Below, in pieces: positions 12,960-26,300 of a stretch of DNA of 64,000 nt; position 1 is the stretch's first letter, and the number at the start of each line of letters is the position of its first letter. The stretch spans positions 72,542,001-72,606,000 of the forward strand of contig NC_058368.1 of the NCBI RefSeq assembly GCF_018350175.1. Reading direction: 5' to 3'. A model generated the notes under the pieces. That model was given only the letters and a program-made list of their open reading frames with translations, was not told the DNA's origin and searched no databases. The stretch comes from Felis catus (lineage: Eukaryota). The position numbers and the translations under genes are program-made.

Positions 12960-13990
12960 CCAAGAAAATATATAGCATATTAACTTACAACATTATGAAT
13001 CGTTACAAAGTAGTAACATACAAAACCTTGACCTGGGTGCAAAAATAGAATAATTCCAGTATCCCAAGACCTCCCACCCACCCCTCCTCAATTACTACCA
13101 ACACCCTCCTCTGCAAAGATGACCATTATTCTCACTTTTAAGGTGTTCTTGCCTTTCTTTAAAAAAATTATTTTAGAGAGAGTTGGGGAGAGGGGCAGAG
13201 GGAGAGAGAGAGAAACAGAGAGACAGAGAGACAGAGAATCTTAAGTAAGCTCTACGTGGAGCCTGACATGGGGCTTGATCCCAGGACCCTGGGATCATGA
13301 CTTGAGCTGAAATCAAGAATCAGACACTCAACTAACTGAGCCCCCCAGGAGACCCTCTATGCCTTTCTTTAAAGTTTGCCTCCTAAATATATATCCCCAA
13401 ACACTATGAAGTTTAGACTTGCTTGTTGTGTTGTGAAATATTTCAAACAATATATGTCATTTCGCGGCTGACTTCTTGCACTCTACATTATGTGTTGAAG
13501 ATTCAAGCATGATGTGGCAAGTAGCAGTGTCTCCTTCACTCTAATTGTTGTACAGTGATCCCCTTAAGAATATAACTGACACTTATATATTCTGTCACTG
13601 ATGGATATTTGAGTCTCCTTTGAGACTATTAGGAATAGTGTTGCTATGATTGTTCTGGAACATCTCCTGGTACAAATGAGTATAATTTTCTCCAGTGAAT
13701 ATGACCAAGAATTGAGTTGCCGGTTCATAGATTATGCATATTGACTTTACTAGATAATGCTAAGCAGTATTCCAGAATATTCTGCCAATTTATAACTGTA
13801 CCAGCTGTAAAAATATGCCTTGTGTTTCCACGCCATTTTCAAAACTTGTTACAGTCAGTTCTTAAATGTTTGCTCATGTGGTTGGTTTGGGATAGAATTT
13901 CAATATGGTTTTACTTTGCATTTCCCATATGATTTAGAAGGGAGTATCTTTTCAAATGTCTACAGATCGTATGAATTTTCTATTAAAACA
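12960..13990 (-). mobile_element. Old L1M 3'-region fragment, interrupted by a SINE; boundaries approximate
   Basis: Degenerate L1 antisense motifs such as ctgatggatatttgag, gctatgattgttct and ttttactttgcatttccc. Confidence 0.55.
13168..13356 (-). mobile_element. Can-SINE
   Basis: ggggcagagggagagagag...gatcatgacttgagctgaaatcaag...ctgagccccccagg, flanked by a tgcctttctttaaa duplication. Confidence 0.88.
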
Positions 13991-15582
13991 AATATTAAAA
14001 ATGTTGCCCATTCAGTTTTGTAATTATAATAGTAAATTTTGTCAATAATACTCAAAAAAAGTGTGTAATATTTGGAAATATCATTCTCCAACACTGTTAT
14101 TTGGAGTTAATGCCTTGTGAAATGAAATAGGATATAGAAGGATAGCAGAAATTACAGACTTACATAGCCCTTGTTTAGAATTATACTCCCATATCTGATT
14201 AGGTGCTTCACACAAAACAGATCCTTCATATTTGCTGAATTTCAGATGTGAAACAGTTTGGAATCTGTCAGTTTGGAATAAGTGCATGAGGATTTTAAAT
14301 TTTAACATGGTACTTACAGAAAAGAATACTCCAAGGCCAACATATGCATGTGTTTAGCTCTCTTAGTGAGTGTAAGAAAACTTAAAGATGATATTAAAGT
14401 GAGGTGTATTTTATTTGTTAAAATGACTAGTTATGCATAGCAGTATGAACTGCATTTTGTCAGTCTTGGAGTGTTTCTTTATTGCATGGAAGTGTCAAAT
14501 TAGAAATGTTTAAGTAAAATCTTTTTAAATCAGAACTTCTAGATACCTGCATTAGGTCATTACTCTTTGCTAATGTATAAGCCTTAAAATACAGTACATA
14601 AGGATTGCCACACCATGTATCATTGGACTGACTTTTTGTGTGCTCTTAAAGGTTATCTGCTTTTTTAAAATGTAATAGGAATGGACAGACTCAGTGTAAA
14701 GTTCACGTAAGTTTTGGTTGGATGATATTGATGATGTTGGCTGAATTAATTTCTTCTCAGATGGTTATTTCTGTCTTTTCCATCTGTTCCTTGAATTATC
14801 TTTTCAAAAATTACTTGGTTTATTTGTATTTCTTTGAGTGTATCTTTCTTTAGATTCTCCTCCAAATTTGTTATACAAAATGGCACTTATTAGTGCTAGA
14901 CGTACAAACTTCCACTATCCTTCATTCTTACTTATGTGAATACTGATAGTCATTTGAGAAGCTACATTTATATCTCCACAACACTAAAACAGCCATTGAA
15001 ATAATAATATCATTTAGCAAATAAAGGAAGGAGATTGGATTCAGTCTCTTATTGAAAAAGTGAAAGACAATAAATCTGTCAGTGTTTCCTACTCCATCAA
15101 CAGAGAACTTTGGTGGCTGCCAATAGGTTATTAATCTCACTGTCAGTCTGGACCACAGAGAGTTCAGTATTTGTGGTCGATTCAAGCATGCGCTTACCTA
15201 GTATAAAGTTTACATTCAGTGATCTACTAGGGGTGTATACAAATTACTGTGGGATCAGAGAGAAAGAACAACTCATTGAGGTAACCCAACAGTGATGGCG
15301 AGGAAAGTTTCATAGAGGAGAGGAGATCTGAGTTGGCTGTTCAACATTGGATTGGAAGGTATAGAGAAAGTGGTAGAGTGCACAACAGAGAGAATAAGTG
15401 GAGCAAAAATCAGTCTCTGAACATGAGTGTACTGTGAACACTGGATGTGTACTGGGAAAGGTGAGTTGGACCAGGGGTGGAGAGCTCTGTTGAGGAATTT
15501 GATCTCTGCCTTGAAGGTCCCGTGGGACCATTAATTGAAAAAGGGTTACATAATCATAGACATGTTTTAAGAAAGTGGATCT

Positions 15583-15798
15583 GGGGCGCCTGGGTGGCTC
15601 AGTAGGTTGATCCTTGATTTGGGCTCAGGTCATGATCTCATGATCCATGAGATCAAGTCTCACATCGGGCTCCACACTGACAGCATGGAGCCTACTTAGG
15701 AATCTCTCTCCCTCTCTCTTTGCCCTTTCCCTGCTCATACTCTTTCTTCCTCTACCTTGCTCTTTCTCTCTCTCACAATAAACAAATGAACTTTAAAA
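15583..15798 (+). mobile_element. Can-SINE (older subfamily)
   Basis: ggggcgcctgggtggctcag head. TSD aaagtggatct at 15572-15582 and 15799-15809. Confidence 0.9.
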
Positions 15799-15860
15799 AA
15801 AGTGGATCTTATGAAATTTCAAACTGAAGGAGAAGAATAGTTTATTAAAAGAAAAAAGGA

Positions 15861-16092
15861 GGGGTGCCTGGGTGGCGCAGTCGGTTAAGCGTCTGACTTC
15901 AGCCAGGTCACGATCTCGCGGTCCGGAAGTTGGAGCCCTGCGTCGGGCTCTGGGCTGATGATGGCTCAGAGCCTGGAGCCTGGAGCCTGTTTCCGATTCT
16001 GTGTCTCCCTCTCTCTCTGCCCCTCCCCCGTTCATGCTCTGTCTCTCTCTGTCCCAAAAATAAATAAACGTTGAAAAAAAAAATTAAAAAAA
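15861..16092 (+). mobile_element. Can-SINE, young SINEC_Fc type
   Basis: Full head and tail. TSD aaaagaaaaaagga at 15847-15860 and 16093-16106. Confidence 0.93.
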
Positions 16093-16106
16093 AAAAGAAA
16101 AAAGGA

Positions 16107-16250
16107 ATCAAATATATCAAATATATACATATATATTTGATATATATGTCAAATATATTTGATATATATGTATATATTTGAGATATATATCAAATATATA
16201 TGTATATATTTGAGATATATATATATATATTTGATATATATCTCAAATAT
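16107..16250. repeat. AT-rich quasi-palindromic minisatellite (atcaaatatat / atatatttgat units)
   Basis: Seen directly. Confidence 0.85.
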
Positions 16251-17433
16251 GTAAGATTTGGTGACAGATCAAATGATGGTGACCTTCTCCTGATAACAGG
16301 ATACAGGAAGAGAAGTAGGTTTGTGAATAAAGGTGATGGGCTTGCTGTGGGACATATTTCATTGATGTAACTGTGGGAAGCACAAATGAAGTTTTTCTGG
16401 CCAATTGGAAAGCATATTTATTCTGGAGGAGACATTCTAAATTTAAGTTCTATCATTAAAGCTCATGTGTTGTGGGAATATTACTAAACTATTTACATGC
16501 AGTGATTGTTTAGTGCATCTGTTCAGTAAGTATCGATTCAAACATCATAAGGACACACAAGAAGGCAGTTGATTCTGCTGTATTTGTGAAGGTACATGAG
16601 TAGCAGGGTGCAAGTATCGTGGATTTGGTGACATTGGATGTTGAAAGATGAGCAGAAATTTAACTGGCAAGTATATGTCTTGGTTGGGACTGGACTGAAG
16701 CTGTGAACTAAGACAGCAAAATAAGGCACTTTAATATGTGGACTGTATGAACAACTGACTCTTCATTAATTTTCTGTAATAAATTAGCCTGTCTTGATTT
16801 ATGATTTTTTGCCCTTCCATATGAAGTTTCTATAGCCTATGAACTGTATTACAGCTGTAGCTATAAAGTAAGTCAGCTAACAGTTGGCTTAATATAGCTT
16901 TCTAAAACCCCAACAGATTCATGACCAAAAAAACCCAAAAAACAAAAAAACACACCAAGAAATGCAGAGTGGCTAATTATTCTCCAATATTTGAAAAAGG
17001 ATACCTGAATTATAATCTGCTGGGGAAAAAATGAACCTAGGGCTGAGTATGAACACTTTTCAGTGTAACTTTATAGAAGAAATACAAGACAGAAACTGTC
17101 CATAATGAAATAAATGAAACGTTGATATCCGAATCCATATGCCAGCATTTCTATCATCCTTTCCAGAGAGGCACAGAAACCAATAATGCATATCCGGGAA
17201 ACTTCCCGAATGCCTTAAAATGTTAATAAATTATCACCACAAATACATATGCCCTCAAACTTAAAAATTGATGTTGATGCGATAACTGGACTGCATTCCC
17301 TCTCAGGAATAATGTGGTGGAAGGTTCCCATATCTGTCCATGCAGGACTAGTTAACAGTATGTGGTTGTGCTGCTGATGGTTCTGTGGTTAGTCTCTTTG
17401 TCCCCACAGTCAAAAAAAATGGCATTTTTTTGT

Positions 17434-17437
<4 letters not shown>

Positions 17438-17478
<41 letters not shown>
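17438..17478. repeat. (CA)n microsatellite
   Basis: Seen directly. Confidence 0.95.
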
Positions 17479-17480
<2 letters not shown>

Positions 17481-17519
17481 ATGATGAGGGCGGATGTGTT
17501 TATGTACACCAGAAGGTAA

Positions 17520-17630
17520 CTGGGACTCAGGAAATCTGGGTTCCGGCACCAACCTTGCTAATGTCTACTTTGCTGGCCTTAGATAAATCATTTAGCCTCT
17601 GCTTGCATGGGCTTCCTCATCTATTAAGTA
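17520..17630 (+). mobile_element. MIR core fragment
   Basis: tcaggaaatctgggttcc...ggccttagataaatcatttagcctct...cttcctcatct. Confidence 0.6.
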
Positions 17631-19393
17631 CACTGCAGAAAGTCATGGATTCTCTTGACATTTTATAAAAAAATAAATGAGTGCTGACGTATTTTTCCAA
17701 GGAGAGATCTGGGGTCTACCAGTTAGAGTTCTTGTCTGTGGACAACAGGAACCAACCTCATTAACTGGGATGGAAAAGGATTTTATTAGAAGGGTTTAGG
17801 TGCAGAGTGCAAGCTTAGACAACCAGTTCATGCAACAGCCCAGGGAAGCAAGGCCCTGCCGAGAACTAGCCCCTGCTGCCATCACTTTGGAACTGGGTGC
17901 CGAGTTCCTCCACTCGTGGACACTCATTTCTGTGCTGTTGCTCTTGCAAACTCTGCCACAGACCCTGTGCCTTTTCTTCCACCCTCAAGAACCAAAGCCC
18001 TGGCCAAGACTGTCTGGTGTGTCCCTCTTCTGTCCACCAGTGCGTAGGAAGAGGGAGTATCCCTGGGGAAGGGGAAGAGCTCTGCCTCCTGCTGAACCTG
18101 GACCCATCTCTAAGTAGGAAGAGAGACAGGTTGAAGGGCAGCCAGAACAACACTATCTCTTGCAATATCTTCCACCAGATTCTCAAAGGGACAGTGACCC
18201 CCACCTCTGCTGCCAGAAAAGATTATGAATCACTGCATTAGATTATCTTTAATTACAGCTCTGAAATTATATGATTCGAAATACTAATTTTCCTTTCTTC
18301 CATCATCTACCAACTCAGAATTTCTTTAACAAGATACAAACGCAGCAACAGAATGACTAACAACATTGCAGGGTCAGCCCCGAAGCATCTTATGATCATT
18401 TCAGTGGGTGTGTAATTATGATGGTTGGGCTAATGACAGAGAGGAACAGATGTCTTGGAGTAGTCACCCAGCTGAATTTCTGCCAAACCAGCACCGATTC
18501 CTCAGACAAAGGGAAATTTTCTTTCTCGTATAGCCTCCCGGTGCTGCGTTGAGTATATTAAAATGCAGTCTGGCTTCATGGCTAAGTGCGCAAATTTTAA
18601 GGTTAATAAGAATGGATATAAATTTTGAATCTCTTCCTTATGAGCTGGTTCACCGGGGAAGGGAACTTGGCGTCAGTACGTGTCTGTTTCCTGTTTAGTA
18701 AAATGATAGAGATAATGCTGGTCATTGTGTGGTATGGTGAAAACAAAATGATGGAATTCAAAGAATTGCAGTGTTTGACACATAGTTACAGCTCAAGAAA
18801 TAATGATGAAAGCCATAACGATAGTAGTTAAGGAATTCCCAAACTTTGAATCCAACTCATTGCAAAGACCGCTTATACTTTAACATTTCAAGTCAAGAAT
18901 AATACTGGTATTAAGGTCGTGCACTTTGATACGTGGTCCCTGTTAAAATGAGTTCTATGAATTACAAAATGGATGCCCAATTGTCAAAAAACATCACCTC
19001 GAAATGTACCTATGAACATCATTTGCTTATGTGGCCGATAGAGCCCCAGTAACAATACATACAATATTTTTTTTTAATGACAACGTTATCCTAAGTTATG
19101 TCAAAATATGTATGATTTGGTATCATCAGACTAAGTGGAAGATGAAACGCCCAGAGGGTTTAATAAGAGAATTCGTCTTGAAAACCGAACGAAACAAAAG
19201 CGTCACTCCAGCTCCCGGCCTCCTCGGCACTTGGTCTTGGTCTTGCCGGAGGCGGGTAAGAAAATTATCTGTGGAACTATTTCCAGGCGCAGCAGGAACA
19301 GCCTTCATGGTGTGTTAGTTGTTTGTATCCTTTGGAAGCCTGGCCGATTCCGTGACCCTCCTAACAAGTGTGCCCTCCCTGTGCGTTTTGCAG

Positions 19394-19510
19394 GTAAATG
19401 CGAATGTGGCAAGTGCACCTGCTACCCTCCGGGAGACCCCAGGGTGTACGGCAAGACGTGTGAATGCGACGGCCGCCGCTGTGAAGGCCTGGACGGCATG
19501 GTCTGTGGGG
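19394..19510 (+). CDS. ITGBL1: ITGBL1 internal coding exon (exon 8 by recalled human numbering), 117 nt, phase 1-1; integrin-type cysteine-rich EGF-like repeat
   Basis: Acceptor ttttgcag| and donor |gtaagc. Encodes (G)[38 protein letters not shown](G), which matches ITGBL1 and splices in frame to 35072. Upstream exons lie outside the window. Confidence 0.96.
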
Positions 19511-20689
19511 GTAAGCGCTTCTCACAGCTTCGCGGCCAGCTTTGCCTTCCTTTCTTACCCTACATCTTCTTCTTTTTTTTTAACAAAAGGAAACTCTGTT
19601 AAAAAAGAAGATAAGATAACCTGAAGGCAATATACAAGTAGACCTAAAAGCATTACACAATTCGGTTTGTAATGATCTTTATTTTCTTGGACTCTTGACT
19701 TAGGGATATGTGAAAATACGCAGCCCGCTGGTCACAAAAGGTTGTTGAGATTATGCTAAATCTTGTGAAGATAGTGACAGGTTTTGCTGCACCTGCTCAG
19801 TTAGAAATGACGTTTCTTGCTCTGCTAATAAAAACTGGTAGGGGAAGCATGTATTACCTGCAAACGTGGGGGTAAAATCACACTCTACTTAGAAAAGCAC
19901 AGAAGATAGACATTCCATTTCCATGATGGCTGGGAGACCCAACAGGAGCTCACCGAAGGTAATAATCTTCAGAGCAAGGGGGACCCAGGGAGAGGCCAGG
20001 CAGCAGAGGGAGTGCAGCACAAATGAGGTCCTTGAGGGCGAACGTGACAGTGTCTACCCAAGCTTCATGCAGCCAAGGGGATGGGGCCAACCCTCATTGT
20101 CCTGTTTCAGTCTTGCAAAACTTCATGTTGTAGAGATGATGCCTGCAGACTGCAGCTCCGTGCAGGTGTCCAGAACCAGCAGATAATGATTGTAATGTGA
20201 TTGGGTGCTATTATCAGGGAAAAACCAAAATGCACAGACAGCTCACTGAAGACGGGGACGCCATCTACCTGGCATCCCTGTGTGTCTTTCTCTCTGTTCT
20301 CTCGCTGACCAACTATAACACACTGGCGATTTGAACAAACATCCTTTGTTCTTTCCTTTCTTTGTGAGCCAAGGGAAGAGGCCCTTGCACAGCCCCAAGA
20401 GATCGCTCCTGCTTTCTGCAGTTCACAGATGCGACAGGGAGTGAGGTTGGAGGTGTCAGTGTCCCAAAACTAAAAAGTGGCAGAACCCAGGATGTGGTCT
20501 CTGACGTTCAGTTCACAGATCTTTCTCGATACCACAGTTTTCCCCAGGGTGACATCAGACTGTTTGGACTTTTTGGCAATATTATTTTTAGAGTTTTTTT
20601 TCTTCATTGGTAACAGTTACCAGAAATATCTAAATCGATTATAGTCTTTTTATTTTTCTGGTAAGTGCTCTATGTTTACTAACTCATTT

Positions 20690-20866
20690 AATTATTTTTT
20701 TAAGAATCTTTATTTATTTTTGAGAGAGAGGGAGACAGGATCCCAACCAGGCTCTGAGCTGTCAGAGAAGGGCCCGACATGGGGCCTGATCATGAACTGT
20801 GAGATCATGACCTGAACCGAAATCAGGAGTTGGACACTTAACCGATTGAGCCACCCAAGTGCTCCC
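20690..20866 (-). mobile_element. Can-SINE
   Basis: tttatttatttttgagagagag...cttaaccgattgagccacccaag; flanking taactcat duplication. Confidence 0.88.
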
Positions 20867-21419
20867 TAACTCATGTAGTTCTTACAATGGTATCTAAAGC
20901 CCCTACAAAGAACCACATACACATCTTTGCTCTTATTATTAGCATTGTCATTATCTCTGACATGGAGCGTCTATCTCACATGGGTCTCCCTGCCCATCTG
21001 CCTCAGTAACTTGGTTGAAATGGTTGATATTGTAGAAATCTATTACATCTACATACCCATAAATTATAGGCCCCCTCCCCCCAGTGCATCTCTCTCTACA
21101 ACTTTGGGGAGGAAATCAAAGATGGCAACAAATCTGTATAACTCCCTGCTAGATGAAATCAAACATGTGTTAGGTAAGTGAGAGAACATCTCACAAAGTA
21201 ATTTTTTACACTAATACTTGACTCTGCTTGTCTATACTCTCTGTATTTTGTCCATCTACCCAGAGTTATCTGTGCCCCTGGGAAAACTGATTTTCACTAG
21301 CTAAACTAGTAAAACACCAATGTATAAACCAGGATACCAGTTACTTGACATCCAACGAGAAATATAATTGTGCTGGAGACTAGAACACTTTGTAGGGGAA
21401 CTCTGTGGGAAGTAAGATT

Positions 21420-21820
21420 CAGAGATAAAGATTTGAATGCAAGGAATGTATTGAAAAGGTGAAGGATACATTGTAGGAGAGTGGGTAAGGGAAGGCAGTC
21501 AGTTACGATGGTGTTATCAATCCAGTTACCACGACGGTCAACTGTAGCTTCATCCAAGGACAGGAGATGAACCTCTGGGAGCCCAAGTGAAGCACACAGC
21601 TCTGATTTTTCCATCAGTCATTGGTCGAGGACTGCTTCTAGGAGCCATGAGCTCGCCTGCCACATCCAGCATGCCTCAAAGGTACACGCATGATCTCAGA
21701 GCAGTCTTCTCTGGCTAGAGACACCCTTGGGGCCGAGAACCCCAGGTGGCACCGGGTGGAAGTCCCCAGAACAGTAAGGATGATATTGGTGGGCCCAGCT
21801 GCGGCTGCCAAAATACATCT
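21420..21820. mobile_element. Degenerate ERVL LTR, LTR16-like; boundaries approximate
   Basis: agagataaagatttgaatgcaagg...gtgttatcaatccagttaccac...aactctgggag resembles the recalled LTR16 consensus. Confidence 0.5.
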
Positions 21821-22885
21821 GCCAAAGGAACAGACCACTCATGCCGGGTGGCCTGAGTGTCTTCTCTGGATAGTGCAGCAGACAAACCAGCACAGTCTTA
21901 TTCTTCAATACTGGTTAGATTCTGCCAACCATCCGATCCAGCCTTTCTTGATACAGGATGTAACGCAGTAGATTAGACAATAGCTGTAGACATGCTAACA
22001 CCCCTATCTTCCTGCTATAGCCTTGGTTACAACTTGGAAGATCCTTACTCACACAGTGAGAAATTAATTCTTAGGTGGTTGATCTCACCGAATAGAGATG
22101 GTATCATGGAACTTAATTATCAGAGGACAAAGGCATTTTTGAGTTTGGACAGAACTTTGCTGCTGCTCCCGTGTGCTCAAAAGAAGAGCACAGCCCAGCC
22201 AGCAGCAGGCACGTAGCAGCCAGATATGCATAGTATCTCTGATCACTATAATCTATAATTGGATGCATCGTCTCAGTGCTTTTTTCTTAAATTGTAAAAA
22301 CCAGATCTAAAAAAAATCACCTATGCATTTAATTTCATATTTTAAATCTTATTAAAGACACTTTATCGACCAAAGATTTCCGAATACCTTTCAAGTATGT
22401 AAAGGAAAACAATTCTTGGGCATTTTCCTTGAAAATATTGTATGTTATTCATAATTTCACTTTCATATGTGAATAATGTCCTTGAGAGATTTAGGGTTGG
22501 GTAATACTGGTATTTTAAAAGATTGTCTTTAGGTAACAATGACTTGTTTTTCCTTCCTTCTTCTGCTTCATCAAAGCTCCTTGAGCTGACCAGCCTAGGT
22601 GACAGTGTGGGACATTAAATTCTGCCACCATTTCTTCACTAGGACTTCTGCATGCATCTTTATACATACAAGTCAGTGTGTTTTCTGCTCTTCTTGTCAT
22701 TTACTTGAGTCTTTACTCTGGATGGTCAATCCTATTGTTCGGAGAGGGATAGTTCCAGGACGGAGAGGGAGAGATTTCCCCATCAATGGCCTACTCATGT
22801 TTATCCTAAGTAACATACAGCTAGAAAAGCTACATATAACTCACAGCCCACACACACACTCTGTTTAGTATTCCCCAACAAGGCA

Positions 22886-23519
22886 CTGTCTGGTCTTCTC
22901 ATTCATGGTAGCTATAGTCTATCAAGTTTCCGTGAACACTGAATTAGCAAATACTGAATCATTGCTCCTAAGAAAAATACGGGGCCAACTGTATTGACCA
23001 GGCCAACCTGCCTCTGGTCAGAGGATTTTTCATCAACAGATCAATACATACCATTGTATTATGTTTATTTCTGTTTAAAGACCTTGTATAATGCATACTT
23101 GATTCGTTAATATGGAACTCATGGCCAACAGCCCTATGACTCACGTCTGAGCGGAGATTATGTGACAGGTGTTTTCTCCGTAAGGCGCATTACAGCCTTT
23201 TTGCCCTTAGGTACACGAGGCATTTCAGCACTATACTTAGGGGCCATCTCAAACATCAAAATTATCAACAAAAAACATGAAAATGTGAAAAGCATAGCCC
23301 TAAATACACTGCAGAAAGGACACTTCTTTACAGTGTAAGAGTTAACACAAGAGGCAGAGCGTGATCTTCTTTGGCCTTAGCTGAGAACGTGAACCATTCT
23401 GCCTGTGTGCTCAAATGACCTGGAAAACTTTAATGAGTATTGATTTCAGGGATACAAATACATTTCAGTGAGTAAGCAAATTCTCAAATACAGAATTTTC
23501 AAATAATGAGAATCAGCTG
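22886..23519. mobile_element. MER82-like TcMar-Tigger non-autonomous DNA transposon
   Basis: gtgaacactgaattagcaaatactgaatcattgctccta...aataatgagaatcagctg followed by TA; colinear with the recalled MER82 consensus. Confidence 0.78.
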
Positions 23520-23919
23520 TAATTCATGTTCTCACTGGGAATATTACCTCCCACCGCAGCTTTGCGCGTGGGCTCAAAGTGGGATTTCTTTAGGACAGCT
23601 AATAAAGGTACTGTGATTTTAATTCTTTTATTTTCAGAGCACTGCTTTAGGGGAGGAATTACTTGAGCCTTGGTTATCATAGTCTTGAATTTCATCTCTG
23701 TCTCCGCTCTTCTCTGGAAAGAAAATACAAGAGACAAGACATTAATTGACATGTTTGAACATATGGTAACTTTGGTACTAAAGTATACAGCATACTAAAC
23801 CAGTTGATGAGGCAATCATAAGTTCCTGTGTTTTTCATGCAAATGCAAATGTACTTGAATATTAAGAAATATAAATGGCAATACGGTGAAGCAGTCAAGA
23901 CTACAGATGGGAACATTTT

Positions 23920-24051
23920 TTCCCCAGCCCTGGCTCTGCCACTTACGAACAATATTACTTGAGACGGTTTACATAACCTCTACTTCTCACCTATAAAGTG
24001 ATCATCATAATATACCTCTTTTGTAGAGTGACGATAAGATTAGTAGAGTTA
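23920..24051 (+). mobile_element. MIR, interrupted by the SINE at 24052
   Basis: ccctggctctgccacttac...aacctct...ctcacctataaagtga; resumes as ttaatgcagataaag after the SINE. Confidence 0.6.
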
Positions 24052-24276
24052 GGGGCGCCTGGGTGGCGCAGTCGGTTAAGCGTCCGACTTCAGCCAGGTC
24101 ACGATCTCGCATCTGTGAGTTCGAGCCCCGCGTCAGGCTCTGGGCTGATGGCTCGGAGCCTGGAGCCTGCTTCCAATTCTGTGTCTCCCTCTCTCTCTGC
24201 CCCTCCCCCATTCATGCTCTGTCTCTCTCTGTCCCAAAAATAAATAAATGTTGAAAAAAAATTTTTAATAAAAAAA
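24052..24276 (+). mobile_element. Can-SINE, young SINEC_Fc type
   Basis: CpG-rich intact head. 16-bp TSD aagattagtagagtta at 24036-24051 and 24277-24292. Confidence 0.94.
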
Positions 24277-25499
24277 AAGATTAGTAGAGTTAATGCAGAT
24301 AAAGTAGCCAGCATATAAGTGTATATATGTATGGCATACACTTACATATGCACACATCATGTATTATTATTACTGGTATTAGATACATAAAAAGAGAATG
24401 GCACATATAACAAACTTAGGCAGAAGTTTCTGCTGTGGACTACAGTTAACCCTAAGGGATGTGTAACAGGGCTCCACGTTTGCTTATTAATGCCTTTTGT
24501 AAGAACAGTTTATTATTCAGAACTGTGACTTTCTGGTGTTCCATTTTAGACAGAATGAATGTTTTCTCCTGTCTACTTTTTGCATAAAGCCGTCTTTCTC
24601 CTCACACTTGACACTGAGCTACCCAATCAAAGTGGCCGCCATATTTCTAGTGGCTCTCACTCAGCAGTGCAGCTTCTGTGGGGGAGCTTCTCATAGATTT
24701 TCCCAAGCATGGAAGAGCATAATTAACAAGACACTGGCCATTGGGGTTCCTCGGGTCACAGTATGCGTTACCAAAGTTTCTGTACTTCTCAGTCTATCTA
24801 AAAATACCCATTATCCTAGTGAAACCCCTCTTATCATGTATATAGCACATCACAGTAGTTGAGTCAGCAGATACTCATTGCATGCTTATTCCCTGTAAAG
24901 CCCTGCTCTGCCCTTCAAACCCACACATGCCCTTAAATAATTTTATCTTCTTGATACCATTCCCTCTGGCCTCTAAACTTATAGCATTCCTCTTGGTTCA
25001 GTGTTAAACCCATGTAAACTTGGTCTATCCTCAACGATTCCACATAACTGACTCTCCCTAAGGTTATGATAAGTCCTAGTCACGCACATCCTTGGTGATT
25101 TTCAGTTCTCCAGCATGTGACCAAGTTTAAACACAGAGTTGTGGGTACTCTAAAGCCCCTATGAAATGGTCTCCCCTCTGAGCCTAGGAGACCCCTGTCC
25201 TACCCATTTCTTCTCCCACTTCTCTTATAACCACTTTATTTCTTTCTCTTGTTCTTCTCCCAGAGCCTACCAATAAATCTTATATTTCCCTTGAAATGGC
25301 TCCTGGATGTCTTTCTACTTGCTGTGTGTTGCCCTTGAGCGATCTCAGCATCTCCCACGTTCATGTTCAGGACAGTCTCTCCAGGTGATTTCTTAGCTCC
25401 ATTCTCCTCAGCTTCAGACTCTTCTTTTCAAATTCTAATTAAATGTTTTCATATGGAAATTCTTCCAACTTCTGCCTGGTTGAAGCTGAAGTTATCATT

Positions 25500-26300
25500 T
25501 ATTTCTTCATTAATTCATCAAATATTTATTGAGCCTCCACTATTTGCCAGCACTGGAGATTCGGTGGTGAGTCTGCTGGGGCTTACAATTAAATTTGAAG
25601 GGCAGACATTGACAAAGGAATGACAATGAATTGGGTCCTGCTGAAAGGAGAGCCATGGGTTCAGTGGGAATATACATAATCGGGGGGTGTAACATAGACT
25701 CTAATGCCTCCATATCTGGGTAACACTATATGGTGCACAGTATGTGCTTCACATGTATTAATCAGCTGAATGTGACAACCACCATACTTAATGATAGGCT
25801 GCATACAACTTCGCCAGGTGCTGGCGGCAGGTGTGACACAAACAGTCACAGAGAACAGCACGTGTGGGGCATCTGCGGATAAAGCGAGAGTGACGTATTC
25901 CAGGAACATTTGAGAACCAGAGAGAAACCCTGGCTGGTTGGAGATTGGAATGCAAAGGGGGGAAGGGTGCAACACGTTTTGAAAACCATATTAATGATTT
26001 GAGGCTTCCATCAAAGGATGATAGGAAGCCATCGAAGAGGTTTAAACAAGGCAGTAACATGACTCCTGCAGTGAAAAAGTACCTCTAGCTGCGGGGTGAA
26101 GTGTGGATCGCTGGGAGGAGTTTGTTTGCAAAAGCTGGTGGGTGGAGATGTTTCCAAGAGGAGACCTGGAGAGAGGTGAAGGCGGTTCAGCCAGGCAGGG
26201 GACAGTACAGATGGAAAAACTTGCTAGTACTGGTGACAGTATTAGATGTGGACAGCAGGCTGCCGAAACCCTTACTTTGCTACAAGAGACGTTGACCCTC
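25500..26300 (-). mobile_element. L2 LINE fragments; boundaries approximate
   Basis: ttcattaattcatcaaatatttattgagcc (L2 3' end, antisense) and aggaagccatcgaagaggtttaaacaagg. Confidence 0.6.

Noticed and set aside
17720..18241. Cluster of 105-114-aa ORFs on both strands
   Set aside because: Probably a decayed MaLR-type LTR; too degenerate to call confidently and no coding signature.
19135..19602. 155-aa ORF, and similarly 34963-35355, 42632-42817, 50477-50785 and 53664-53936, as stand-alone genes
   Set aside because: Each is one real exon plus intronic read-through; splice sites set the true limits.
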